Origin: Octopus sinensis
Taxonomy: Eukaryota
Assembly: GCF_006345805.1 (NCBI RefSeq)
Contig: NC_043001.1
Location: 84,692,001 to 84,756,000 of the forward strand
Length of the DNA: 64,000 bases
Reading direction: 5' to 3'
The position numbers and the translations under genes were made by a program. Under the pieces are notes generated by a model. The model was not told the origin of the DNA. It did no database searches and was given only the letters and a program-made list of their open reading frames with translations. Shown here in pieces: positions 42,988 through 57,381 of the stretch. Numbering within the stretch: position 1 is the stretch's first letter; the number at the start of each line of letters is the position of its first letter.

Positions 42988-43599
42988 CCCTCTCTTTCTA
43001 TCAGACTTACACGTTTACTTCCAAATGCTTCTGTAACAGAATTTATGCCAAATTGGTTTCGTTGAGGATTGAAATTGCAATCGCATCGGCAGCGTGTTCT
43101 AACAGGATTTTAACAAATGGATGGTTCTGCACCAAACAAAACATTACAAGTTATTGCTTTTGTCCACAAAAGCATTTACACTTCACTCTTGATAATTGTA
43201 ATCATAAATACGTATAACAGCTTCTTAGATATTGATAAACATATACACATACATATATATATGCACTCAAGCGTACATACACGCATACACACACGTGTAT
43301 TTGTATGTGTGTGTATGAGCGTAGGTTCTTCTGTTTCGACTAACATCTAAAACTTATAATAGTTTATTTCATACAACATATAAAGAATGTAACAAAACTT
43401 TGTACTTCTTTTTCTGTTCATCGAATTTTTAACAAATTCAGCTAGGACAATTGGCTGTGAACATTCTTTCAGAATAATATTTGTGCTAACCCCTTTCACA
43501 CAAAGTATCAATACAATATCCGTATAAATATTGAACTTGACCTATCGAATTTCAATCCTTCAAAGGAGAAAAATCAATACAAATAGTGGACAAATTTTA

Positions 43600-43710
<111 letters not shown>

Positions 43711-43723
43711 CATCCATCCATCC

Positions 43724-43774
<51 letters not shown>

Positions 43775-43920
43775 ATCTATCTATCTATCTGTGTATAAAG
43801 ATAAAACATATATATATATATATATATATATGTATGCCTAAATATTTATATTTAGGCTCTCTCTCTTAATATGTACATTATATATATAAGTATATCTATC
43901 TATCTATCTATCTATCTATC

Positions 43921-44017
<97 letters not shown>

Positions 44018-44624
44018 ATATATACATATATAGCATTGCAGGAATTTATTTGTAATTACATTTTGAATTCCCCTTGTTCTATTCTTTGATGGACACACAC
44101 AAACACACACACAGATTAATATATATATACATAAACACTTATGTATATACTTAGATAGACATATATACATATATACATACATACATGCATACATACATGC
44201 GTACATATATATATAGTGGTAGGGGAGAGAGTGAGAGAGTCAATGTTTATTTATGTTTGACTCTCTTTTACAATTCTCCGACGTAATGTGCCATTTGGAT
44301 GATATTGTGAAATATCCCAGATCGAATTAAGTCGATTGATGCCAATACTCTATGGCAGGACAAACTGTATAATCACGTTAGCGCTCATTTCCAAATAATC
44401 TATATGGTATGGCAGTGGAATGATAGAAACATGAAGCAGATGGAGCTAGTGGAAGACATTAAAGATACCGTTGTAGTTGTTCCATGCAGAATGTGCGGGT
44501 TTGAGTAAAAACAGTTGGGTAGTGTTGGAAAAACTGAAAACTTGATGCCTGCTTTATAATATATGCATATATATATATAATTTTCCTACAGAGACATGCA
44601 GAAAAATAGATAGTATATGCGTAC

Positions 44625-44661
<37 letters not shown>

Positions 44662-44668
<7 letters not shown>

Positions 44669-44846
44669 GTATCTGAGAGATACAACCATGCCGAAATAGC
44701 AGTCAAACCCTGACCCTAAAAACCACCTTAAATGTTCATATCTCGCCATATGAAAATTTATGGCGCGATATGAACATTTGGTTGGTTTTCAAGGTCAGGG
44801 TTTTGACTGCTATTTCGTCATATGGTATTTCTCAGATACACTTATA
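44662..44846. repeat. 185-bp imperfect palindrome adjoining (TA)n
   Basis: TATAAGGGTATCTGAGA..GAAATAGCAGTCAAA..CCTGACC..AATGTTCATATC.CGCCATA versus its reverse complement. Confidence 0.85.
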
Positions 44847-44926
44847 AATAATTATTACCTTTGTATGGTATTTATTCACATGCTGGCCACTTGATAAGAT
44901 CGATATTTAAATATCGATATTATCCT

Positions 44927-44970
<44 letters not shown>

Positions 44971-45031
44971 ACATACATATATCTATATCTATCTCTCCAT
45001 CTATAATATATATAATATATATATATATATT

Positions 45032-45077
<46 letters not shown>

Positions 45078-45327
45078 ATACGTCATCATTTATCTACCTA
45101 ATTTATGTACCTATCAACACACACACATATACAAATACACACACGCACACACATAACGGCCTCAATAACGCTAATAAAAATAACAAGGTAAAAGCTATTA
45201 TTTTTCATTTATTTCGAAACCTGCTATTTAATCGTGGTTTTGGGCGTGTTGGCTGCTATTTCTAGCATGTAAAAATTACCTGTTAAAGGGTAGTCTTCTT
45301 CTGTGTTTAAATGTACACTATTTTAAC

Positions 45328-45386
<59 letters not shown>

Positions 45387-45433
45387 GTATATATACATAT
45401 ATATGCATATATATATATATACATATAAATATA

Positions 45434-45499
<66 letters not shown>

Positions 45500-45949
45500 G
45501 TGTGTATGTGTGTGTATAAAGAGAGCGAGAGAATTATAATAAAGGAGAATCTATATCCACTTAATTACTTCTTTTCGTTTCTACACCTACACATGTTTCT
45601 TCGGTAATTAACTATTGCGGCCAACAAAATTTGCATCTTTATGTCCACTTATTGTTAGGTGCCACTTCTTCAAGAAGGAATCAATCAAACTGGCTGAATG
45701 TTTTAGACACTCACGGGGGTTAGGCGGCATCAATAACCGGTACATGCGACTACGGTATCCACTTGGTTTCTGTATCCCTACCAACTATAATTTAGAAACA
45801 CACACGCACACACACGCATATATTCATAAATATATACATAAATACACACACAAACACACACACACACATATATAAATATATGTGTATAAAATAAAAGAAG
45901 GAAAATGCACAAGGTTTACATAGTTTTAATATATTTTAAATGTAAGTGT

Positions 45950-46480
45950 ATTGTGGTTGTCGACCAGTTTCTCTTTCGCAATCATGATATGAAATTATTA
46001 TACTATCGTATTTTCTTGAGAATAATTTAGTCCACGTCCTTGTAGGAGGTTTTTGAATAAATCAAATAGAAAAATCTAGGGGAGGTAATTGGTGATAGTT
46101 ATTACTTCAGACAAGGGAAGTATTTGCTTACGTTTGGAGTGGGATAAATTAACCTAGAAGCTAAAGTAGTGAGATGAAATATGTAGTGATGGATATGTGA
46201 TCATGAGTTAAGACTAAATTTAGTTATGCGTTCATATTTAGGTGTCTTCTGTATTTTTCGATAAATGGATTTTCTTTATTTAAACTTCCTTGTACAGAAA
46301 TTCTTTCTTTGCACTGCTAGATGGAGAAAACTGAGAAATTTGTTTGGCCATTCCCTGCACATCTCTCTGTGTGTTCACTCAAAGGTATCTGTCTTATACA
46401 TTAGGAAACGGATCGGTTCCTTATGTAGTGTGACATATTTTTGGTCCTATATAGTTGTGCCCACAACCTAATTTAAAGTT
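45950..46480 (-). mobile_element. Penelope-like element 3' end: degenerate GIY-YIG endonuclease plus 3' UTR
   Basis: Minus-strand reading across frameshifts gives GCGHNYIG..., RQIPLSEHTERCAGNGQTNFSVF..., ENPFIEKYRRHLNMNA*; downstream GAAACTGGTC hammerhead 3'-half relic at ~45960. Confidence 0.6.
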
Positions 46481-46549
46481 AAGTGAACACATAGAAAGAG
46501 TTTTCTACAACAACATGAATTAAATTCTTCTTAAGAAAATACGAAATTA

Positions 46550-47430
46550 TTGGGTTATCCCATAAATGACGCGGTTCTTTCAAATGCATGAAATAAAGTC
46601 GTTGGGGGCACAGGATAAACTACCTGCATCAGCTTGCTATAAAAGCAGGTAGTAATTTTACTTTGTCCTTAATCTTATTACGAGTTTTGAAGAGTGCACC
46701 TCTATTTTAACAGTTATATTTTCAAAGCTATAATGGAAGTAACAAAGGAGCATATTCGGCATATTTTGCTTTATGAGTTCAATAAAGGCAACAACGCAGC
46801 AGAAAGTGCGAGGAATATCTATGTAGTATACGGCAATTGGACAATAAGCTCAAGCCAGTGTCAACGGTGGTTCCAGAAATTCTGAGCCGGAAACTATAGC
46901 CTAGAAGACGAGCCTCGTCCTGGAAGATCTGTAGAGCTCGGCGAAGGCATCCTGCAAAACTTGGTGGAAGAAAATCCGATAGTAAATGTTGAGGGACAAA
47001 TAGAAAAGCTTGGGATTGGTAATTTAATCAGTCATTCAAGTCAGCACTAGAAAAGAATCCGACCATCTTTTCAAGACGAAAGGTATTCCTCCACTAGGAT
47101 ACTGCTCGGCCACATAAAACGAGGATGACATTCCAAATGCCGGAGCAGTTTGAATGGGAAATGATGCCCCACCTACCATATTCGCCGGATATTACCTCAT
47201 CTGACTATCATTTATTCCGCGGTCTTAAAATAATCTGGACAGAACAAATATGAATTCGGAAGAGGAGTTTAGTACATTACCTGAGAAGAATTTTGGAAGA
47301 GGGGCCTTGCAGTCTAGCAGATACATGGAAGAGCATTGTAGAAAATGAAGGAGAGTATATTTTAGATGAAGAAAGAACTTTGTTTAAATTTTGGAAAATA
47401 AAAGAAGTATTTAAGAAATCCCCACTACAA
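46550..47430 (+). mobile_element. Mariner transposon relic, internally deleted
   Basis: TA-TTGGGTTATCCCATAAAT left TIR; MEVTKEHIRHILLYEFNKGNNAAESARNI..QCQRWFQKF*..LEDEPRPGR; C-terminal DTARPH..EWEMMPHLPYSPDITSSDYHLFRGL (YSPDLAPSD motif); right end degraded. Confidence 0.88.
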
Positions 47431-47679
47431 TCATTTCAATGTGATGATTAGCGAAAGCGAAACCGTTCAACAACTACAATACTCTTTCATTTAAAATATA
47501 TAAAAACTTTGTAAACTGTGTGCGTTTTCGTTTTTTTTATTTTATATACATATATTTTTTGCATTAAATGGGGGATAATTAAAACATATATATATGTGTG
47601 TGTGTGTGTGGTGTGTGTGTGTATGTATATGTATATATAGGTATATATATTCTATATCCATATATGTTATATATAAAGT

Positions 47680-47885
47680 TAATCCAAACATGAAAAAGAA
47701 AGAGAAAACACAACAACGCGGGGACGTGGAACAAGTATAGTGTTATTGGACGCTCAGAGAAGGAAAGAAAGAAGAAGGACTTAATGTTACGAGCGGAGCT
47801 CTTCGTCAGAAACCTAGAAAATGAAAGATCCAAGGATATATGGATAGATATACATATATATTTACATACATCTATATAAGGTGAA
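47680..47885 (-). mobile_element. Penelope-like 3' terminal repeat fragment with decayed hammerhead
   Basis: Minus strand CTGACGA-A-GAGC-TCC-GCTC-GTAA-CATT at 47809-47783; flanked by TA/TG microsatellites. Confidence 0.55.
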
Positions 47886-49855
47886 AATATATGCATATAT
47901 ATATGTGTGTGTGTGTGTGTGTCTGTGTGTGTGTGTGTGTGCGTGTGTGAATGTATGCATGTAGATTATATGTGTTTGAGTATGTTTATATATATGAGAA
48001 TAAGGACATCAATAATATGACGGACGACAAAATAAAAAATGAAGTGATATTCGGGTATTCGTTAGACGTTCGAAGTGAAATGAGAAAGAGGTATGCTTTG
48101 ACGTTTCCAGCTTCAGCACTTTATCAGAAAATTTAAGCTGACAAAAAAGTGTACTAAAAATAACGGAATTACTGGGGAAATGTATTGTAGTCAGAGCCAT
48201 TTGAGTGTGATTGAGTGCGCTACTCAATAGCGGTCATCTCCTTCTCCAGCTTGGATCAATATGGTTATACTGCCTAAAGTCCAGCAGCACCTGAGATCGT
48301 AGCGGCATGGACGAAAATGAACGAGTAACTGCTACTGCCCATGCTGCACCTACCTTTTGTACATTTGAATATGGTGCATGATGATAACCTCTACCTGCAA
48401 TACGCTGTAAGAAATCCTCTTCGTTGAAAAATCTTTTCTTACTAAGATACTACTCACTAGTCTTTTGCTTTCTTAGACTCACCAACTAGGCGAAGAACAG
48501 CGGATATTGGTTAGTCCAAGCGTATCAAAAATCACTATCTAGACCCCTTCTAGACAGATATGCCAATAACAATTTCATTCTGATTCCAAATCATATCGAG
48601 GTTAACCTTGTTTATCAATATTTTGGGAACGCTAAAATATAATACTAATTAAGTACTGGAATAGATGTGATCAATCGTTAAATTCTCTATCGAGATTTCT
48701 TGCTCTATTTCCCTTTTAAGAAGTATTATAGCTCATTGTGCTCTCATGTGATTTTCCCAAAATTTTAACATGATGAACTCTATTCCACGCTAGAATCTAA
48801 AAGAGAAATTTTAAAAAGTTAATGTTTGTTTGAGTAACAGAGGAAATAAGGAAAATAAAACTATTGCATAAAATTTGTATGCTTCATCTTTTATCTTTTA
48901 TTTATTTCAGTACTTAGAGAGCAACCATACTGGAGCATAGATATATAAGTAATACATACACAACAGGCTTCTTTCAGTTTCCGTCTGCCAAATCCACTCA
49001 CAGTCTTTGGTCGCCCTGACGTTATAGCAGAAGACGCTAGTCCAAAGTTCGACGTAGTGGAAATGAAGCCGGAACTTTGAGGTAGGGAAGCAAACTTCTT
49101 ACCACACAGCTATCCCTTTGCTTTCATACTTTCGGGGTCGATAAAATAAAAATTTCCCAAATCTGAAGTCTTGTACTTTATTGTAATCTGAAGTCTTGTA
49201 CTTGTACTTGTACTTGTACTTTATTGTAATCTGAAGTCTTGTACTTTATTGCCAATATTATTCTTTTATGTTTGACTTTTGCTTTGCATTTGTACAAGCT
49301 AACCTATCATATCTAACGATTTTCATTCTTCTTTATCGCATACCTTGCTGTCAGCTGGGTATGCTATATCTGTGATCCAGCGTAGTTGGTTTTCTTTCTC
49401 AATTAACGCTATTCCTGGTTTCCTATTCACTGTTTCATGGCCGCACTGAATCATAAAATCCTATAGGATCTTTGACTAAAATTTTCGATGATGCCTACGG
49501 CTTTATGTTCGTACCACGCTTTTGCTCTGTCAAGTCCATACATGTTGCAACGTGTATATTGGGCAATTCTTGCTATATTGTCATGACGTCTCTTATATTC
49601 TTTCTGGGCAAGTGGTGTAAATTGCCTTGTAATATGCCATACGTTTCACCATTCTGTCCACAAATTCTGTTTTTATCCCTTTCTGGTGTGTTGTTTATTC
49701 TGTATTTGATGTAATTGGTTCTTAATGCTTGCTCTTAGGCATCACAGTTTAGAGTCACTGTTTCCGGTTTTAGATCACATTTATCATCCATAGCCATCTT
49801 TTTTCTCTGTCTATCTTATCCTTAACATCCCTCTGCTATTATTATTATTATTATT

Positions 49856-50395
49856 GAGTGAGAGAGTAGTGCATGCCATCAAAGTGACACTGGGTAAATA
49901 TGCGAAACCCAGTGTACCCATCATGACTACACATCTGATAAGGGTACACAAGGCACATGCATCACAACCATATGTGCGCGGCCTGGTGATCTCATATCAA
50001 GATAAACAGCGCATGACATTGCAGGTGGGGCCCAGTTAGACGTTTGTTCTGGTCGAGTAGCCCATCCCGCTCAAAAGGTCCCTGAATAAGGATTGTTTAA
50101 GGATGTTGAACGAACTACCCATGTTTCCAAATGTGAAGTATCCAAACCTCTAAGAATTCCTTTCAACAAACGGTAATGATGCTCCCCACTACTTCTGCTC
50201 GTGATCAGAGATGCACATATTGTCAGGTCAACTGGATAAGGTCAAACAACTGACAAGCAAATCTCTGGTATTGAACAGAATATTTGCTGTAGCCCATCTT
50301 TTATACCAAAACAAAACAATGTACATACTAACACTTCCAATCAGTTAAGATCAGCAGCCATCAGAGCCAGTGCCTGGTACTGCATCAGGGTATTT
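49856..50395 (-). mobile_element. Second copy of the (AAT)n-embedded about 540-bp repeat
   Basis: Reverse complement aligns with 25873-26411; flanked by (TTA)n and (TCA)n(TTA)n. Confidence 0.85.
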
Positions 50396-50559
<164 letters not shown>

Positions 50560-51344
50560 TATTATTACTATTATTGTGTACAATATAGGCAGTAGTTATT
50601 TACAAAAATCCGATAAGCGAAAAAGGTTGTTGCGCGAAAGACTAACTGAAAAGTACTGGTATAATGCAAGCACTCAACTTGCTAGAAGTAGCAGCTAAAT
50701 ACAACTCGAACCTTTTTCAATTGCATTGTGAAAATGCAGGACACATTAGATGATAATATAACGTTTGAATACTTGAAAGAAAAAAAAACAGAAAAAACAG
50801 GTGGGATGGCCATAGATGGAATAGCTTCGATCGCAGATCTGCTCGATAATTACTCACACAACATAATAACTCACACAAAGCATAATAACTCACACAACAC
50901 CCCTTCACAACCATTATCCTAAGACAAACGATAGCACCTACAAAATCAAATATACTGTCAGTATGTCCGGACATTTACACTGAAAACAGAGGGTTACTTT
51001 TTATAGATCGCCTACTGTATTTCTAATGTGTAATTGCTAACCGTCAATTTTGTTGGTTAGCACTGAGCGTGGCCTCTGACACACGCTGTCAGCAGGCTAT
51101 GAAGCTATCCATAACACGTCATTTGCTTCACACACCATTATGATACACACCAGCATTCACAAATATATGCCCACGCATGAATCAAAAGTAAACACACACA
51201 TACCTCCATCATATGTATCTGTGCATGTGTGTGTGTGCATGCGGATGCCTGCCTCTGTGTGTGTGTGTGTGTATGTGTGTGTGTGTATAGAGCAACATAT
51301 TCGTACACATAAAACTACGTACGAATAAATATTCTTTTGTTCTT

Positions 51345-51448
51345 TTTTCTTTACTTGTTTCAATCATTAGACTGCGGCCATGCTGGAGCACATGCACATA
51401 CATAGATATACACATATACATACATACATACATACATACATACATACA

Positions 51449-51512
<64 letters not shown>

Positions 51513-51680
51513 TACATACATACATTACATACATACATACATACATACATATATTTATATACAGGAAGGGCTTCTTTTAGTTTTCGTCTACCAAATCCAC
51601 TCACAAGGCTTTGGCCGGCCCGAGGCTGTAGTAGAAGACACTTGCCCAAGGTGCCATACATGGAAGTGAACCCGGAACCT
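51345..51680 (-). mobile_element. SINE family A derivative with deletion and expanded (TACA)n/(TA)n
   Basis: TTTACTTGTTTCAATCATTAGACTGCGGCCATGCTGGAGCAC...TACCAAATCCACTCACAAGGCTTTGG..GAAGACACTTGCCCAAGG. Confidence 0.7.
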
Positions 51681-52065
51681 TACGCCTATATATCTAACAT
51701 ATACATAATAATATGTATACATACACATGCACGTACAAACACAGAAATATACATATTTCCATATAAATATACATATGCATATTGATATATACCAGAGTAA
51801 GGACAGAAGTGTGAAGGAAGGTCGAAAAATTTGTACTCGAATATCGGAGGTGGCGTGATATGGTTTATTAATAAAGCTGAAAAGACATCGCTAAATCTCT
51901 GTTACTCGGACACGGGAACGTGAAACTCTGAGTAACAGCTTTTGTGATGTCTTTGCAGGTCTATTAATGAAGTATATTGGTATATGTATATTGTATATGT
52001 GTTTATTTATGTTAACTCTCTCTCTCTCTCTCTCTCAATATATATTATTATTAATAATATTATAT

Positions 52066-52122
<57 letters not shown>

Positions 52123-52207
52123 ATATTGTGGTGTGTGTGTGTGTGGTGTGTGTGTGTGTGTGTGTGTGTGTGCGGTGTGTGTGTGTGTATGTACGTGTGT
52201 GTGTATG

Positions 52208-52241
<34 letters not shown>

Positions 52242-54327
52242 TGTATGTGTATGCGTGTGTGCGTATGTTAGTGTATGTGTGTGTTCGTATCTGTGCATGG
52301 GTATATTAGTGTGTTTGTGAGTGAGTATTCATAAGACATTCAATCATTCATTGGGGGATCACCGAAGAAATTTAACTTAAATACCAAATTAAACTTTTAC
52401 GAAGAAAAGTTCCCTTTGAACGATAGTTACAATAAACCTTGACATTGAGTCCACATCTCATTCAAACACGGCCCCAATAAATGTGTAAAGAATAGAGAAG
52501 ATTCACACGATATTATGATGTTCTTGATCACATTATAGACTTCTGTATAATAGTAATTACTTAGGAACTTAAGAGAGAGCCAAACTAGCATGTCTCTCTT
52601 CGAAGAACTAACATACTTACGTAGCCCACTAGAATCGTAAAAAAAAACCTATGAACCAGTGAAGAAGCCTATATACGCCACTTGATTCGCTAATGTTATT
52701 AATAAATTTCTCTCTACATTAAAGTGAATTGTAGTCTTCGTTATTTATTTTATCTCTACTGACTTAACACAAAAAGGAATTTGAGGCCAATGTACGCCTT
52801 GATACAAAAAAGGAATACCTTGTATAGGAAATTCCTAGTTACACTATGCCAGAAAAAAACGTACAAAAGTCGCGTGATAGCTATGATTTGATCCTCTTCG
52901 ATCGTAGGTATGCTGGATCAAAGATGATATATGTGTCTAAACAACAGCAACCTCCTATATCGCCTTAATTCGATGGACTAGTTTTTTATGGATATCGATA
53001 AAAAATATATAAGAGAAAGAAAATTACATTACACTAGGCGGAATGTAAGGTTATTTTCTGTACTGTAGTACTGACAGGCAAGCGATATCTAATTCTGAAT
53101 GTACTTCACATCAATACATGAGTGTAAAATGTTTATATACATCATACATTTGAGGGACAAAAAACAAAACAAAAATGTACCGATAATAATTTTGTACATG
53201 ACGAAATAAAAACTAATAATATCGATTCTTTATATTCATAAAAACAGTTCGGGAGAAAATTTACGAAATCTTCGAGAACTTTAAAGTGAAGTTAGAATAG
53301 TTTGATTCTCCTAAATAATCTAATTGTTGCTTGAGTTATGGATAATATCAACAAGAATACCAGTCATTTTCATTTAGAAAATATATTCAAACTTTATCCT
53401 GTCGAGAGAAAACAACAAAAAAAGAAAAATATAATAATACTGAAATAATGTTTAGTAAAGTCAAACCGATATTGTTATTGGAGATCACAAAATTGAAGCT
53501 GGCTTTATTAGGAAAGTCAATTGCTTGCTTGTTCTCAGTCTTGTTATAAGACATTCAAAGGAAAGAAGAGAGATGACAGGTTTACGACTGCTCTATCCAA
53601 AGTATACATTCAGTTTTATTCCATACTACATATTTTAGAAGGCGATATAACAACCATTCTAAATCAAATCATAATGGCGCTTGATTTATATTAGAAAGAA
53701 AGACATAAAGTCTTCAACCTTCAGTTGAACACAATATCACAGACAATAAATATTTACGGAAACTATGCAAGACGAAAGAATAAAGAATAGAGTGAAAGAA
53801 CTCGACTCTCCAAACTGACCAGACCTATGTGGTATATATTTATTCTTCTGTATTCCTCATAATGTCTTTCCTTGTAACCTTAACGCCAGCCATATGACCT
53901 GTAGAAATACGATGTTTATTGAAGGCATGAAAATCATTAAAATAACCGATGTACACATATCGGGTCATATATACACACTCACACATACATGCACACAGAA
54001 ACACCAGCAGACACACACACACAAACACGTACATACATACATACGTATATGTATACAAACAAACATAAATACACACACTCATACACATATATATATATTT
54101 TTTTATATATATAAATTCCTCTATTTACATAATATCGAGGTCTCTTTCTTTTGTTGTCTTATCATTTTTATCAACATTGTATATATTCAACTTTTGTATT
54201 GGAAGCAGCTCAGTAATATAAACATAATCAATATCACATACTTAGTGTATGTGCGTTGCTAAACTGCGGTAGTTCGTCTAAGGGAGGTCATATAAATACG
54301 TATAGTGTTAAAAACCTCAGCGTATGT

Positions 54328-54571
54328 CATTGCTAGGCGAAACGAGATCGGTCCGGGAGTGAAAGAGAGCGACTGTTACTAATGTTTCGTGGTTTACCTC
54401 CAGGGCGATTCGGTTCGCCTAGCTTTGAAGTATGTTTTTTGAAAGAGAACCTTGAGGCGAAATGCCACAAATTAGTAGCGTTTAACTACGCATACACACA
54501 TTCGCATACACACACACACTCAAACACATACACGCACACACACACACACACACAAACCACACAACACACAC

Positions 54572-54610
<39 letters not shown>

Positions 54611-54752
54611 CGTATACATGCATGCCGCAAGGCTCCCTTTAAAAATAACATACTTCAAAGCTAGGCGAACCGAAATCGCTCTGGAGGTAAACGACGAAAC
54701 ATTAGTAACTACTGCTCTCTTTCACTTCCAGACCGATCTCTTGTAGGCAATG
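54328..54752. repeat. Foldback/MITE-like element with about 130-bp inverted arms enclosing a (CA)n microsatellite
   Basis: GAGATCGGTC..GAAAGAGAGC..TTACTAATGTTTCGT.GTTTACCTCCAG.GCGATT..GGTTCGCCTAGCTTTGAAGTATG versus its reverse complement at 54625-54752. Confidence 0.85.
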
Positions 54753-54916
54753 CGCATGCGCTAAATTAAACTTGTTTATGCCCATCTAAATCTGTATTTG
54801 TGTATGATTTGCATACACAAATCGTCGTCCCTTCCAGAACAGCCACATTATGTTGGCAAATAACTTTTACTTTATGTGTGTGTATGTGAGTGTGTGTGTG
54901 TTTGTGTGTGTGTGTT

Positions 54917-54949
<33 letters not shown>

Positions 54950-55397
54950 GTGTATGTGTGTGCGGCTTGTTTCTATGTGAATTTATGTAGAAAAATAATT
55001 ACACGTAAAATTAAAGGATTACGCAAGACATTTCAACAAAATGACAGTGCCTTCGAATTTGCCGTTTATTACCCGTCATCTAACTGTCTAATGGCGGCTA
55101 GTAAGCGTAACTTTGAACTTACTGTCAACCTCTACGTTGTAGAATCATCATGTGTGTGCGTTTGTGCTTGTGTGTCTTAGTGGTGGGGGGTGAGAAACAA
55201 ATTGAACAGCAAACATCTATTGAAATTAAACCTGACATGAAAAATGAACTTTTAAACTCCATTTCCCTAGAAATTACTGCTTCCTAACCACATCTATCTT
55301 ACGTATAAAAATGATTACCTGTTTCGTTACTACCCACAAGGGGCTAAAGACAGAGGAGACAAACAAGGACAGATAGACGATTAAATCGATTATATCG

Positions 55398-55497
55398 NNN
55401 NNNNNNNNNNNNNNNNNNNNNNNNNNNNNNNNNNNNNNNNNNNNNNNNNNNNNNNNNNNNNNNNNNNNNNNNNNNNNNNNNNNNNNNNNNNNNNNNN
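55398..55497. other. Assembly gap (100 N)
   Basis: Run of exactly 100 N that truncates a family B SINE on its left. Confidence 1.
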
Positions 55498-55806
55498 TAT
55501 ATATGTTAGAAAATGGTGCGAAAGACACTACAATGTATTGGTACACTTATTTATAAATTTTTGTATATATTTATTATTTTTTTGAAAAAAACATTGTAAA
55601 TTTCTTTTTTCCACTTCCTCAATTTAAAAAAAAATATTTTCCCTTCCAAATCTTGAAAATTTGCCTTGCAAAGAAAGGCGCTTTGATTTCCTTTTTTTAA
55701 TTCTTCATACAAATCCAACAAAAACAAATTCCATTATTTATATATATATATATATATATTATATATATTATAATATATCCGTCTATATTATTGCTTGTGT
55801 CTCTTA

Positions 55807-55910
<104 letters not shown>

Positions 55911-55938
55911 TACCATACATGTGTATATACATAAAAGA

Positions 55939-55976
<38 letters not shown>

Positions 55977-56133
55977 CACATATATATATATATATACATT
56001 TACATACATACATACATGTACGTATACATACAAACATATATATGTATAATATATATATATATATATTATATATACATTACATGCCATACATACATGTATG
56101 TATACATAAAAACATATATATGTATATATATAA

Positions 56134-57381
56134 CACAGACTTGCAGGAAGTAAATAGACACATTTAAATTTCAAAATTTCTGATCTAAGCGTCTTAATAT
56201 GTTTTCAGCGGTGTAGAACTTGCAAAGTAAATATACTTTTTCATTCCAGGTATCATTACATTAAACATTTGCGAAGAGTAACCATCACACGCATAACAAA
56301 TTCAGCACAACTATCAGATTTTCAAAGAAGTCGTATTGTTGGGCAATCTGAGGCTGGTGTTAGCCAGCGAAAAATTGCCGAAAAGCTTCAAATTCCATTT
56401 GCTACTGTTAATAGAATTGTAGTGCAGTTCAAAAGCCAAGGATTCTCATCCCGACCGAGCTGGGCCCTTGGAAAGGAAACTTCGCTGTTTGAAGAGAATT
56501 GTGGAAAACGAACCCCGTTCGAAGGCTTCTGATATTGCAAAACAGCTAGAAGTTAGTCCAAGAATGTGTCTTACATGAGTTTGGTAATATGGACGAGCCT
56601 CTAGAAGAAAACCTCTCCTTCAACCAATTAATATCATGAAGAGAAAGAAATGGGCTAAGGAGATATCAGAAACTTCCAGTTCATTTTGGGAATGATTTTC
56701 TGAGATGATTTCAGACTTGCATTATTTTCAGACAGTGGACGTGTTTGGGTCTAGAGGCTTCCCAATCAAGAATTTGATTTGAAACGACTCCAACCAACTG
56801 TGAAGCATGGCGGTATTTCTGTAATGGTATGGGGAGCTGTCACTAGCAATGTTTGTTCTGAGTTAATCGAATGTGTTGGAAACATAAACTCTTAACAATA
56901 TACAGAATTACTTAAGTGAAGACTACTTCCGATGTATTCACACAATAACATAATAAAAATGAGTTTTATTCATGAAAGATGGGACTCCATGCCACACATC
57001 GAAAGGGAATCAACAATACCTGACTGAAAATGGGATCAATAAACTTCCTTGGTCGAGCCACCATCTTGACATGAACACAACAGAAAATCTCTGGAGCATA
57101 CTAGATAGAGCTATACGAAAAACTCAACTGAAACCTAAATCTAAAGATGAATTGTTTTGATTGTTGCGTGAAGAGTGGGCAGAAATTCCACAAGAGACAA
57201 TCACAAAGCTCATCAGTTCAATGCCAAAAAGAGTTTCTGAATGAAAAACTGTAAAGGGAATGTCAACTAAATACTAATGTATGTAATCCTACCTATCGAC
57301 TACATTTCAATTATTCGCTTTGCGTATTAAATAAAAGATTTTGAAAATTAAAGGTATCCCTTTACTTCCTGCATGTCTGTG
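56134..57381 (+). mobile_element. Full-length (1248 bp) degenerate Tc1-like transposon with both TIRs
   Basis: CACAGACTTGCAGGAAGTAAA / TTTACTTCCTGCATGTCTGTG-TA (21 bp, one mismatch); LSDFQRSRIVGQSEAGVSQRKIAEKL.., [40 protein letters not shown]; several stops and frameshifts. Confidence 0.92.
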
